NCBI GenBank assembly: GCA_050253075.1
Contig: JBFWJS010000002.1
Span: 544,001-608,000 of the forward strand
Direction: 5' to 3'
DNA length: 64,000 nucleotides
From: Deferribacterales bacterium
GTDB lineage: Bacteria > Chrysiogenota > Deferribacteres > Deferribacterales > Geovibrionaceae
The stretch's first letter is position 1; each line of letters starts with the position of its first letter. The notes beneath the pieces were generated by a model. That model was not told the DNA's origin. It worked only from the letters and a program-made list of their open reading frames with translations, and ran no database searches. Both the position numbers and the translations under genes were made by a program. This document shows, piece after piece, positions 20,953 to 29,763 of this stretch.

Positions 20953-22099
20953 GAACAGCAAAAAGACGTTAGCCTTCGGGATACTATCCCTGTCCCTGCT
21001 GACCATAATGGCAGGAGCGGCGGTATCCCCTGCCCTGGCTGATATTCAAAAGAGCCTCAACGTCGCAAGCCCTACTTTGGTTAAGATGATACTCACCCTG
21101 CCCGCTGTCTTCATCATCCCCACATCATACATAGTCGGTAAATATGCGGGCATAATCTCTAAAAAGAAGCTCGCCCTTTTAGGGGTGCTGATATACGTAT
21201 CCGCTGGATGCGGGGCAGTCTTTGCCGACGGCATATATTTTCTGCTCGCCACCCGTGCAGTACTCGGTGTTGCCGTGGGTATCATAATGCCCCTTGCGGC
21301 GTCGCTCATCGCAGACTTTTTCGAAGGCGAGGACAGGATGCGCATGATGGGCTATAACGCTGCCTTTGCGAATTTCGGCGGGATACTGGCGACATTCTCT
21401 TCGGGGCTTCTCGCCTCGATAAACTGGCGTTACTCATTCTTTGTATACGGCTTAGGCATACCCGTATTTTTCATCGCATTGATGTTCATACGTGACAAGA
21501 AGCGTGAGACTACAGGGACGGCGCAGCCTAAAAAGAAACTGCCAAAGGAGACATACTTTGCGGCGTTTCCCGTATTTCTGGTCTTTCTCGGCTTTTACAC
21601 CATCCCCACAAACATCGCCGCATACCTCATATCCAAAGATCTCGGCGGACCTCCTGAGGCGGGCTATGCCATGGCAATGGCGACAGGTACTGCTATGCTG
21701 ATGGGGCTCTTCACCGTGAAGATACGGAACGTACTCGGCAGAGCATTCATACCTGCCATCGCTTTCACGATGCTTTTGACCCATGCCCTTCTCGGCTTTA
21801 CGTCCTCGATTCTGACGGTTAATCTGGCTCTGATATCAAACGGATTCACACTCAGCATGTCTGTGGCGTATGTGATGCACCGTGCAACGGAAACCTCAAG
21901 GGGGCACAACGTCGGGGCGACGTCACTTGTAACGGTTCTGATATTCCTCGGGCAGTTCTTTTCGCCTCTGGTGATGGATTTTTTGGGGGGTATATTTGGA
22001 ATGTATTCGCCCGCTTTCAGCTTTCAGGCTGTTTCTGCGGGGGCATTGGCCGCTTTTATATTTACTCTTTTACAGAGCTTTCGGCAGCCTCGGCACTAG
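20945..22099 (+). CDS. MFS transporter
   Basis: About 12 hydrophobic segments; motifs ATRAVLGVAVG, LASINWRYSF. Confidence 0.9.
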   Translation: MAENSKKTLAFGILSLSLLTIMAGAAVSPALADIQKSLNVASPTLVKMILTLPAVFIIPTSYIVGKYAGIISKKKLALLGVLIYVSAGCGAVFADGIYFLLATRAVLGVAVGIIMPLAASLIADFFEGEDRMRMMGYNAAFANFGGILATFSSGLLASINWRYSFFVYGLGIPVFFIALMFIRDKKRETTGTAQPKKKLPKETYFAAFPVFLVFLGFYTIPTNIAAYLISKDLGGPPEAGYAMAMATGTAMLMGLFTVKIRNVLGRAFIPAIAFTMLLTHALLGFTSSILTVNLALISNGFTLSMSVAYVMHRATETSRGHNVGATSLVTVLIFLGQFFSPLVMDFLGGIFGMYSPAFSFQAVSAGALAAFIFTLLQSFRQPRH

Positions 22100-23318
22100 C
22101 TTTCACTTTTGCATCATCTTCCAGTCTTTTCAGATAGGTTCTGATAACGAGCGCCCTTTCGGAGGCGTTGTTCTTTATAGCTGAATCCGCATCCATAGAC
22201 GCTACTATCGTATACATCTCTGCTGCTTCGTTATATTTCTTATTCATATCCATAGCACGTGCATAGGCATATGCGTAATAAGCGTCTGCGGGCACTTCAC
22301 GGTGTGCATCGGCGTATGCCTGCTCCGCCTGCATCGACTTCCCGCTGTTTTCATATATCAGGCCGGATGTATAATGGAGCACACTCGGGTTTTCCACACT
22401 GTTTTTATAGTCGGATATCAGATCCTGCGCATGTGGTGCATATCCTGCCTCACCCATTGCCACAGACACGGCGGCTATCCCCTTCGCATCGGTGACGTAT
22501 GAATATCTGGAAACCAGTCTCGGCACCGAGCCGACATCACCCACGGCCAGCTTTGACCTTACAAGGCTGAGCAGTGTTGCCTGTGTAGGCTTTGTCTTCA
22601 TCGCTTCTGTATATCCTGCTATCGCTTTCTCATAGTTTCCGTCTGTGTATGCTCTGTCTGCTATAGTCAGCGTTGTGTTATAGCTTACTTTTTTGCGGAA
22701 TTCCTCACGGTCTTTCTGTGTCATGGCGCTTCCGCCTGCGCCCCCCTCTTCGGCATATCCCTGAATGGCGGCCTTTGCCGAGACCTCAGTATTCTTCACA
22801 CTGATTTCAGTGGTCTGAGGCTCCGGTCTTGAAACTGCCGTTTCGGATGTCTGGGGCAGTTTCCCTGCCATGCCTGCACTCTGGATAGTTGCGTCTCTGT
22901 TCTCCTGCAGTCTCTGGCTGATGGAGGTTTCTTTATCAGACAGTGCCTTTCTCACGGCATCGTCTATACGCTTTTGTATATCCTCCTCTGTCTGTGCAGG
23001 GGCTGATGTTTTATCGGATGGTTCTGCGGAAGGCTTTGCCTGAGCTGTCTCCACAGGTGCGGGTTTGTTAATCACTATCTGGGGCTGTGCGGTCTGGTCC
23101 GAAATGCGGACAGGCTCTGTCACGGCATACTTAGGCGTGCCGCTGCTGAGATAAAGCGTAATGGCGAAACCGACTAAGGCGAAAGCCAGCAGGGCAAGCA
23201 GAACATTGCTCGGTCTCTGTCCTCTGCGCTTCGGGGCGAGATTTATCATCCCCGGCGGAACAGACCCTGTGTCTTCTTTCTTTTTGAGTTTTTTCAGATT
23301 ATCCAGCACAAGGCTCAT
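22062..23318 (-). CDS. Membrane-anchored TPR protein (MshN-like)
   Basis: MSLVLDNLKKL start, one TM helix, Pro/Gln-rich linker, C-terminal TPR-like repeats; directly after the secretin. Confidence 0.7.
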   Translation of the reverse strand: MSLVLDNLKKLKKKEDTGSVPPGMINLAPKRRGQRPSNVLLALLAFALVGFAITLYLSSGTPKYAVTEPVRISDQTAQPQIVINKPAPVETAQAKPSAEPSDKTSAPAQTEEDIQKRIDDAVRKALSDKETSISQRLQENRDATIQSAGMAGKLPQTSETAVSRPEPQTTEISVKNTEVSAKAAIQGYAEEGGAGGSAMTQKDREEFRKKVSYNTTLTIADRAYTDGNYEKAIAGYTEAMKTKPTQATLLSLVRSKLAVGDVGSVPRLVSRYSYVTDAKGIAAVSVAMGEAGYAPHAQDLISDYKNSVENPSVLHYTSGLIYENSGKSMQAEQAYADAHREVPADAYYAYAYARAMDMNKKYNEAAEMYTIVASMDADSAIKNNASERALVIRTYLKRLEDDAKVKASAEAAESSVKE

Positions 23319-24835
23319 AGCTTACCGTCTTTGCCGTCTATTATAGTAGTGGTGAGGAAGATGACCAGCTCACGCTTCTCCACCGACTTTGTGGTACCTT
23401 TGAAAAGATGCCCGATAACAGGCACATCGCCGAAGAAGGGAACCTTCTCCTCTGACTCGACCTCTACATTGCTGATGAGACCGCCCATCACGATGGTGCT
23501 TCCGCTCTTAACATTCAGCACGGTGCCAGCCTCTTTGAGGTTTATGATAGGGTAGCTCGCCGCTATCACACCGTCTGTGTCGAGCTGTGTCTTTACTGTC
23601 TCCACATCGGAGAAAACAGGGACGATGTTCAGCGTGATAGTATCGTCTTCTTTTATATGTGCAGATACGCCCATGACCACACCGTCCAGAACCGTTACAC
23701 GGGTGTATGTGATGGTGACGTCGTCTGTCTCTTCGTCTGTTTCTTTCTCCATCTCCCAGTACGGGATGAGCTGACCGGAGGATATCATGGCTGTCTGGCC
23801 GTTCATGACCCTTATGCGCGGATTACCCACGGATTCGATGCGTCCTTGTGTCGCCATAAAGGCAAACCAGTCGTCGCCTGTACCGCTGGATATAACGCCG
23901 AGAGCATCCAGAGAGCCGTTTGCAAAGTTAGCAGCACCGAGGGATATCCTGCCCACCGTACCGTTCAGTGCGCCCTGCCAGTTTATGCCGTATGCACTGC
24001 TGTCGTTCAGGATAACTTCCACCAGCTTCGCCTCGATGAGAACCTGTTTCCCCATTTCCGAGAGAACATCGCTCATATAGCTGTCTATCATCTTCATCTT
24101 TGCGGGTGTTGTCGTCACCTTCATAACACCGGTGAACTTGTTGAAAACATAGCCCTCTTTGCCGTTGAAGAATGAGCCTGAAGCAGACTCTGTGGTAGTC
24201 GCCGCGTCCGCAGAGGCAGAAGCACCGCCACCGCCTATTATGGCCTGAATGTCGAACTCTATCTGACCGAGGACATCATTTGCCTCGGGAGTATTTTCAT
24301 ATTTGATGGAATAATCACCGCGCAGATTCGCCTCTGTAGAGCCGAAAACATCACCGCCCACCTGACTGCTCTGTGTTGTCTGCATGCGAACATAAGGGAA
24401 CTTAAATGTCTTTGTCACGGTGGAGACTATCTTAAGCGCATTGCCCGAAACCTCGTAGTGTATCCCCGTGTTTTCAGAGATGATCTCCAGAGCGTCTCTG
24501 GCAGGCATATGGTTAACTGTTATGGTAAATGGTGTTTTTACATTTATATCGGGGCTTATGATGAGGTTCAGCCCTGCTTCGGAAGCTATCATGTATAGGA
24601 TGGATGAAAGTGTCTCTTCCACTGCGTCGATGGAGACAAATATATCGGCAAGGGGGTCACGCTTTATGACATCTTTTTTTATCACAGGAGGCGGAGGAGG
24701 CATAAGCTCCACAGGCGGAACAGCCTTCGAAAAGTCAGGCGCAGACGCTGCAGCCTTCTTAGCATTATCGCCGGTAGCCGCACATCCGAAAAGCATGAGA
24801 GAAAAAGCCAGTATTAATATTTTACGAATATCCAT
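23315..24835 (-). CDS. Lipoprotein secretin (MshL/GspD family)
   Basis: Lipobox LFGC; QVLIEAKLVEV, GINW, IVMGGLI, KVPFFGDVPVIGHLF, RELVIFL. Confidence 0.93.
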   Translation of the reverse strand: MDIRKILILAFSLMLFGCAATGDNAKKAAASAPDFSKAVPPVELMPPPPPVIKKDVIKRDPLADIFVSIDAVEETLSSILYMIASEAGLNLIISPDINVKTPFTITVNHMPARDALEIISENTGIHYEVSGNALKIVSTVTKTFKFPYVRMQTTQSSQVGGDVFGSTEANLRGDYSIKYENTPEANDVLGQIEFDIQAIIGGGGASASADAATTTESASGSFFNGKEGYVFNKFTGVMKVTTTPAKMKMIDSYMSDVLSEMGKQVLIEAKLVEVILNDSSAYGINWQGALNGTVGRISLGAANFANGSLDALGVISSGTGDDWFAFMATQGRIESVGNPRIRVMNGQTAMISSGQLIPYWEMEKETDEETDDVTITYTRVTVLDGVVMGVSAHIKEDDTITLNIVPVFSDVETVKTQLDTDGVIAASYPIINLKEAGTVLNVKSGSTIVMGGLISNVEVESEEKVPFFGDVPVIGHLFKGTTKSVEKRELVIFLTTTIIDGKDGKL

Positions 24836-25353
24836 CTAGTTCCCCAACGTCCCTCTAAAAGAACTTTACCGTCTTCGATAGCTGAAACCGACTCACCGCT
24901 GTCTAATGTATCTCCGATGCGGATCACCTTTTCATTCAGCACGGCAAATCTCTTCGCTTTGCCAATGAATACAGTACTAAGAGTGTACTGAGGAGCAGGC
25001 GGGAGCGCCTCTCCTTTATTTGCGGACTTATCATTTCGTCCGCTTTGTCTAGTAGCTGTTATATCATTATTTTGTTTTTTAATAAACTCTCTATTTCTAT
25101 AGTTGGAATAATCTTTATACAACACATGGGGGATCTCATTCTTCTTCGCAAGGGCAACGGCAAAGTCCTGTGTTTCCTTATCCAGATTCACCCTGTTCAC
25201 GCCCCTTGTGCTTATCAGCCTTTTGCTGATGAGACCGCCCAGATTGTCTACTATCATCCCCTGCAGAAAAAATACCACGGCGACAAATACCACAGGCACG
25301 GAGACCTTCGCCCAGTCTTTAGCAGAGAGATATTTGAGGTATTTAGTAGTCAT
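24814..25353 (-). CDS. MshK-like pilus assembly protein
   Basis: One TM helix and C-terminal LSTVFIG..RFAVLNEKVIRIGD..V.AIE; position before the secretin. Confidence 0.6.
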   Translation of the reverse strand: MTTKYLKYLSAKDWAKVSVPVVFVAVVFFLQGMIVDNLGGLISKRLISTRGVNRVNLDKETQDFAVALAKKNEIPHVLYKDYSNYRNREFIKKQNNDITATRQSGRNDKSANKGEALPPAPQYTLSTVFIGKAKRFAVLNEKVIRIGDTLDSGESVSAIEDGKVLLEGRWGTRWIFVKY

Positions 25354-25867
25354 ATACCCCTCCTCTGTATGGCTGTGTGATGATCAGCTCCACAGAAACG
25401 ACCCTTGCGCCTCTGGTCTCTTTGAAATCCATCTGCGTCACTTTATATATAGGCGACACGCTGTTTTCCAGATATTCGATCATGCGGATAAAGTCGTCAG
25501 GTTTCCCCGGCTGATAGGAGAAGCTGATAGTTGTGGTATAGCTGCTCCCTTCGTTGGTGATGGGCTTTATTATCTTTGTATCATATAGACTTTTGAAATC
25601 TTCGGTAACTTCCAGCAGCCAGCTCCTCGCTGTCACAGCGTTGAACTGCGGAATGTGCATCTCATCCACCAGATGATCCAGCTTGTCCATATTGCTGTTC
25701 GTATTTTCGATGCGGAGCCGCTTAAGCTGTGCGTTAGCATCACGGGTGGCTGTCTCGATATTAACCGTGGCGGATGTCAGAGCAATAAATTCAACGATCA
25801 GGAGTGAAAGGACGACGCTCAGCACCAGCAGGAGTTTGTAGCTTCTGAAATATTTCTTCCACATCAT
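25343..25867 (-). CDS. MshJ/PilO-like inner-membrane alignment protein
   Basis: N-terminal TM, coiled coil, ferredoxin-like tail (F.RMIEYLE); operon position. Confidence 0.55.
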   Translation of the reverse strand: MMWKKYFRSYKLLLVLSVVLSLLIVEFIALTSATVNIETATRDANAQLKRLRIENTNSNMDKLDHLVDEMHIPQFNAVTARSWLLEVTEDFKSLYDTKIIKPITNEGSSYTTTISFSYQPGKPDDFIRMIEYLENSVSPIYKVTQMDFKETRGARVVSVELIITQPYRGGVYDY

Positions 25868-27246
25868 TTCTTCTTCCCGGTGAGAGAGATACGCACCGAC
25901 GCAGTCAGAGCGTCCATATTGTATTTCGTACCGTCTGTCACTTTATATTTCCCGCTTTTATCTATCTGATCTAAAATGTTTTCTATGTTATTCTTAAATT
26001 CGTCCGCCTCGATGAGCGATGCGAAATCACGCTTGCCCAGTATCTCTACCATTGGGATGCCGCCGCTGACAGAGAAGTTCACGTTGTCGTATCCGCCCTC
26101 GTCTATCAATATGCCTATGTCCTCGTAAAGATCGAAAGCATCAAGAGTATTTGCATCCAGCTTGTTCAGATAATAGAGCGCATAGCGCTTGTCGTCAGTA
26201 TTTTCGAAAACATGCTGATAGTCTTTCATTTTCAGGTTTATCGTCTTAGTGGCCATGTTATACCGTGAAAGTGAGAAAGACATCCTGTTGTATGCAGCGA
26301 TGACCATATTCAGCATTACCAGTATCGATATGACGAGTACAAGGTTTACAAACAGCTTCGCACTGTTCATCCCCCGTATCTCTTTGTATTCCTCAGGGGT
26401 GAAGTCGTACGCCTGATCAAGCATAACGAGGGATATAGGGAGGAGGAATTCGTGAAAGACCTCTCTCGAACAGCCCTTTATGATATGTGCAGGAATAATG
26501 ACCGTCTGCGGCTTCCCGTTGAATTCGAAAAGCATAGCGGACAGCTCTGTCCTGTCGCTGATTGCGCCGGAGAGTATCATGGTGTCCACATCTATATGCA
26601 GATTCTTCGTCACGAACATGTATGTCAGGTTTATATTCTCATAAAATGTGCTGTCCAGAGTGGATTCATCGACAGCATGATACTCCATCATACGTGTGTA
26701 GAGTATCGTCTTGCCTCTGCTCACGGCCACAACTATCTTATATTTATCCGCAAAAGCGTGGAAAACGACATCATCGGGGCACAGCTTTGCCGAGAGACCG
26801 CATATGGCGAAATCCGACAGGGTGAATATGTTCGTCTTCTGCTTCTGCTTTTCCGAGAGCACATCCATATCGCTGTAGAGAGACTCGGGTATCATGAACA
26901 CTCTGTGCTCTATACTGCCCGACTGGTCAGGCTTTGAGGTCTCATCCTGCTTATAGGCGATGAGGTATTTCTCGCCGTCTTCCATTCTGTCTTTCAGCTT
27001 ATTCTTCGCCAGCATTTTGAAAGTTTTAGAGTCGCTGACAGGGGGGACATTTATTGTGTCGATGATGGTGTCGTAGTGGTTTACCGAAAAATATACAGGT
27101 GCATCACCCGAAAGAGCCTTTAGATTCTCAGGTTCTGTGATATAATGACGTAAAAGAGTATAGCCCTGGTTAGTTTTTCTCACCGTTACAGCTTTTGCTG
27201 CTCTGGTGTCCTCGGCTGTCATTATCTCTGCACTAAATAGTTTCAT
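25864..27246 (-). CDS. MshI/PilM-PilN-like alignment protein
   Basis: Cytoplasmic N-domain, single TM near residue 305, periplasmic tail; first gene of the secretin operon. ATG 27246 preferred over TTG 27255. Confidence 0.55.
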   Translation of the reverse strand: MKLFSAEIMTAEDTRAAKAVTVRKTNQGYTLLRHYITEPENLKALSGDAPVYFSVNHYDTIIDTINVPPVSDSKTFKMLAKNKLKDRMEDGEKYLIAYKQDETSKPDQSGSIEHRVFMIPESLYSDMDVLSEKQKQKTNIFTLSDFAICGLSAKLCPDDVVFHAFADKYKIVVAVSRGKTILYTRMMEYHAVDESTLDSTFYENINLTYMFVTKNLHIDVDTMILSGAISDRTELSAMLFEFNGKPQTVIIPAHIIKGCSREVFHEFLLPISLVMLDQAYDFTPEEYKEIRGMNSAKLFVNLVLVISILVMLNMVIAAYNRMSFSLSRYNMATKTINLKMKDYQHVFENTDDKRYALYYLNKLDANTLDAFDLYEDIGILIDEGGYDNVNFSVSGGIPMVEILGKRDFASLIEADEFKNNIENILDQIDKSGKYKVTDGTKYNMDALTASVRISLTGKKK

Positions 27247-27297
27247 ACGTAACAATACTATTTAGTGAATTAACCTTCAAGCGTTTTTAAGGGTGCT

Positions 27298-27897
27298 ATG
27301 ACAAAGATAATTCTCATCGAAGACGACGAGGCTCTGAGAAAGCAGTTATGCTTCACACTGGAGTCAAAAAATGAAGTATACGAGGCAGGTAACAGGCTGG
27401 AGGCCATTGAGGCGCTCCGTGAAAATACGCCTGATATCGCCATCGTGGACCTTGGGCTGCCGCCTAATGAGAACACCCCCGACGAGGGGCTTTTCATCAT
27501 CGACCATATAGTCGGAAACTATCAGTGCAAGGTCATCGTTCTCACAGGTCAGGCTACAAAAGAGGCCGCCGTGAAAAGTCTCGAGCTTGGCTGTTTCGAC
27601 TATCTGGAAAAACCTGTAAATATCGACCAGCTCCTCTTTTCCATAGACAGGGCGAAGCTGTTCATCGACACAGAGCAGGAGCTGAAAAGCAGAGGTCTGG
27701 AAAAGCTGGAGATGCAGGTCGAGGTGGGCAAAGGGCTGCAGGACATACGTGAGCAGGCGGAGAAAAACATCATCATCCGTATTCTGAACGAGACTGGATT
27801 CAATGTTTATAAATCTGCCCAGATACTAGGCGTAAAGCGTGAAAGCCTCTACTATTTCATAAGAAAATTCAATCTGGAAAGAGACAAGGATGCTTGA
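27298..27897 (+). CDS. Response regulator (REC plus Fis-type HTH, PrsR-like receiver)
   Basis: IEDD, VDLGLPP, VIVLTG, EKP; C-terminal AEKNII..L..TGFNVYKSAQILGVKRESLY. Confidence 0.9.
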   Translation: MTKIILIEDDEALRKQLCFTLESKNEVYEAGNRLEAIEALRENTPDIAIVDLGLPPNENTPDEGLFIIDHIVGNYQCKVIVLTGQATKEAAVKSLELGCFDYLEKPVNIDQLLFSIDRAKLFIDTEQELKSRGLEKLEMQVEVGKGLQDIREQAEKNIIIRILNETGFNVYKSAQILGVKRESLYYFIRKFNLERDKDA

Positions 27898-28948
27898 TCT
27901 CCTATATTTTTCCCTTATATTCGCAGGTCTGATAATATTCGCCGTTGTCTTTTATCTTAAGCGGACAGCGAGCAACTTCCTGCGTGTCCTGACCGAGATA
28001 ATCAAAATGAACGAACTGAACGAATACGACCCCGTTAAGTTCATAGACAACCTCCCCCCGCTGATAAACAAACTGGGGATAAAGGACTATTCATATTACT
28101 TCTTTTACCTCGATACGGAATATCAGAAAACAGCGGAGCACACCAAATACTCCATAAAAAAGTTCGTCTATGCACAGGACTTCACCGTTTATGTCGAGAT
28201 TTCCCCCGGAAAGCTCAGATGGGAGAGGTCTTACCTCGGCAGACTTCTGGTGGAGACAGTCTTCCTCCTGCTGAAGATAGACGTGAACCTGCACCTCAGA
28301 GCCGCTAATAAAGCACTGATGGAATTCAGCAAGATAAACACGTTCCTCAGCCACGACATAAAGAATCTGGCTCAGTTTATAAATATAATGGACCACAACC
28401 TGGCAAATGCATCGACAGAAGCGGAAAAGGATAAGCTGATGGGCTATCTGAAAAGCACCGCCCCATCGCTCAGGATGCGCTCTGACAGGGTGCTCTATGC
28501 TCTGGCTGAAAACGGTAAGGACTATCTGCCCGAAAAAGATATGCTGAACCCGTGCGAGCTGGCCAGAAACATAGGCAACATCCTGAATCTGGACATCAAA
28601 TGCACGGGTGAGGATATAGATGTTTACAGCGAACGCAAAGGGCTGATAATCATATTCGAAAACATCATAAAGAACTATTACGACAAGAGTATCTCCGAGC
28701 CAGGGATAAGCCTCTCCATGGAAGTGAAAGACATGGGCGACACTGTCTCCATAACATTCACCGACAACGGCTCCCCCGTGGTAAACCCTGAAAAGATATT
28801 CGAGCCGTTCTTTTCCGAAAAAAAGGGCGGGCTGGGAATAGGACTTTACCACTGCCGAAATATAGCCAATAATATGAACGCCAGCCTGCGGGCTGAAAAT
28901 ACTGAAAACGGTCCTGCCTTCACCCTTAATATCAGGACAACAGGCTGA
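27890..28948 (+). CDS. Sensor histidine kinase (PrsK-like H-box)
   Basis: N-terminal TM; H-box FLSHDIKNL, N-box ENIIKN, DNG, FEPFFSEKKGGLGIGL. Confidence 0.9.
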   Translation: MLDLLYFSLIFAGLIIFAVVFYLKRTASNFLRVLTEIIKMNELNEYDPVKFIDNLPPLINKLGIKDYSYYFFYLDTEYQKTAEHTKYSIKKFVYAQDFTVYVEISPGKLRWERSYLGRLLVETVFLLLKIDVNLHLRAANKALMEFSKINTFLSHDIKNLAQFINIMDHNLANASTEAEKDKLMGYLKSTAPSLRMRSDRVLYALAENGKDYLPEKDMLNPCELARNIGNILNLDIKCTGEDIDVYSERKGLIIIFENIIKNYYDKSISEPGISLSMEVKDMGDTVSITFTDNGSPVVNPEKIFEPFFSEKKGGLGIGLYHCRNIANNMNASLRAENTENGPAFTLNIRTTG

Positions 28949-28953
28949 GGTAT

Positions 28954-29574
28954 ATGCGTAAAGGATTCACCCTTGTAGAAACAGCTATCGTGCTGATAAT
29001 CATTGGAATAATAGTCGCTGGAGCCATAAAGACCGTCACAATGGTAGATAACGCCAGAGCAAAACGCATCCTCTCACAGGTGGTCGTTCTGGTCGATGCT
29101 CAGAATCAATACTACGAAAGAACCTTCCGATATGCAGGGGATACCAACAACGACGGCGGTATAGACTATACAACTCTGAATGCATCATACGCCACCTTCA
29201 ACAGCGCAGGCAGCGGTATACACACAGCCTTCAACGAGCTGATACAGCTAGGCATATTTAATGACGAATCAGACGCAACCCTTGCATCTGGCGGTCCCGC
29301 TTATTACGCCAGATATAATAACGCAAATAACGTACCTATAAACATCGTAGTGATCAGGAATGTACCCTGCCTCACGGCTTTTCAGATGGAGATAAATCTG
29401 GATAAGAATCAGCCAAGCGACGCAAACGGCATAGGCTCCGGACGTGTAAGATGGTTCAGCACAAACGCCGCAAACAACATCGTTACAGCCACAGGGGCAT
29501 GGACAGCAGGGAACATCTGCGGAAACGGCACAGGCAATACAAACGTCATGTATCTCTTTGACAGGTTACAATAA
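28954..29574 (+). CDS. Type IV pilin/pseudopilin
   Basis: Class III signal MRKG|FTLVE with hydrophobic helix; two C-terminal Cys. Confidence 0.93.
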   Translation: MRKGFTLVETAIVLIIIGIIVAGAIKTVTMVDNARAKRILSQVVVLVDAQNQYYERTFRYAGDTNNDGGIDYTTLNASYATFNSAGSGIHTAFNELIQLGIFNDESDATLASGGPAYYARYNNANNVPINIVVIRNVPCLTAFQMEINLDKNQPSDANGIGSGRVRWFSTNAANNIVTATGAWTAGNICGNGTGNTNVMYLFDRLQ

Positions 29575-29611
29575 GTAATATTGGGTTTTTATGTTTCAGG
29601 GAAATTTTTTC

Positions 29612-29692
29612 GTCATCCTGAGGCCTTAGCCGAAGGATCTGAACACTTGGATTCTCTACTGGTATTAGATTCTTCGCTCCGCTCAGAATGAC
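29612..29692. repeat. GTC-tagged palindromic repeat doublet, copy 3
   Basis: CGTC-ATCCT-GAGGCCTTAGCCGA-AGGAT-CT...AG-ATTCT-TCGCTCCGCTC-AGAAT-GACG. Confidence 0.87.
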
Positions 29693-29733
29693 GCAGCCGT
29701 GCTTGTTTTAGAGATTCTGCAATAAATCTTTTA

Positions 29734-29755
29734 AGGGGCGCTTAAAGCACCCCCT
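29734..29755 (-). terminator. Hairpin after the 1338-aa gene
   Basis: Minus GGGGTGC-TTTAA-GCGCCCC-TT between convergent genes; weak U tract. Confidence 0.45.
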
Positions 29756-29763
29756 GATAATAT

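Noticed and set aside
28954..29574. Electrically conductive (e-pilin) type pilin
   Set aside because: Long pilin with no aromatic residue between Phe1 and about residue 49, so it lacks the characteristic N-terminal aromatics.
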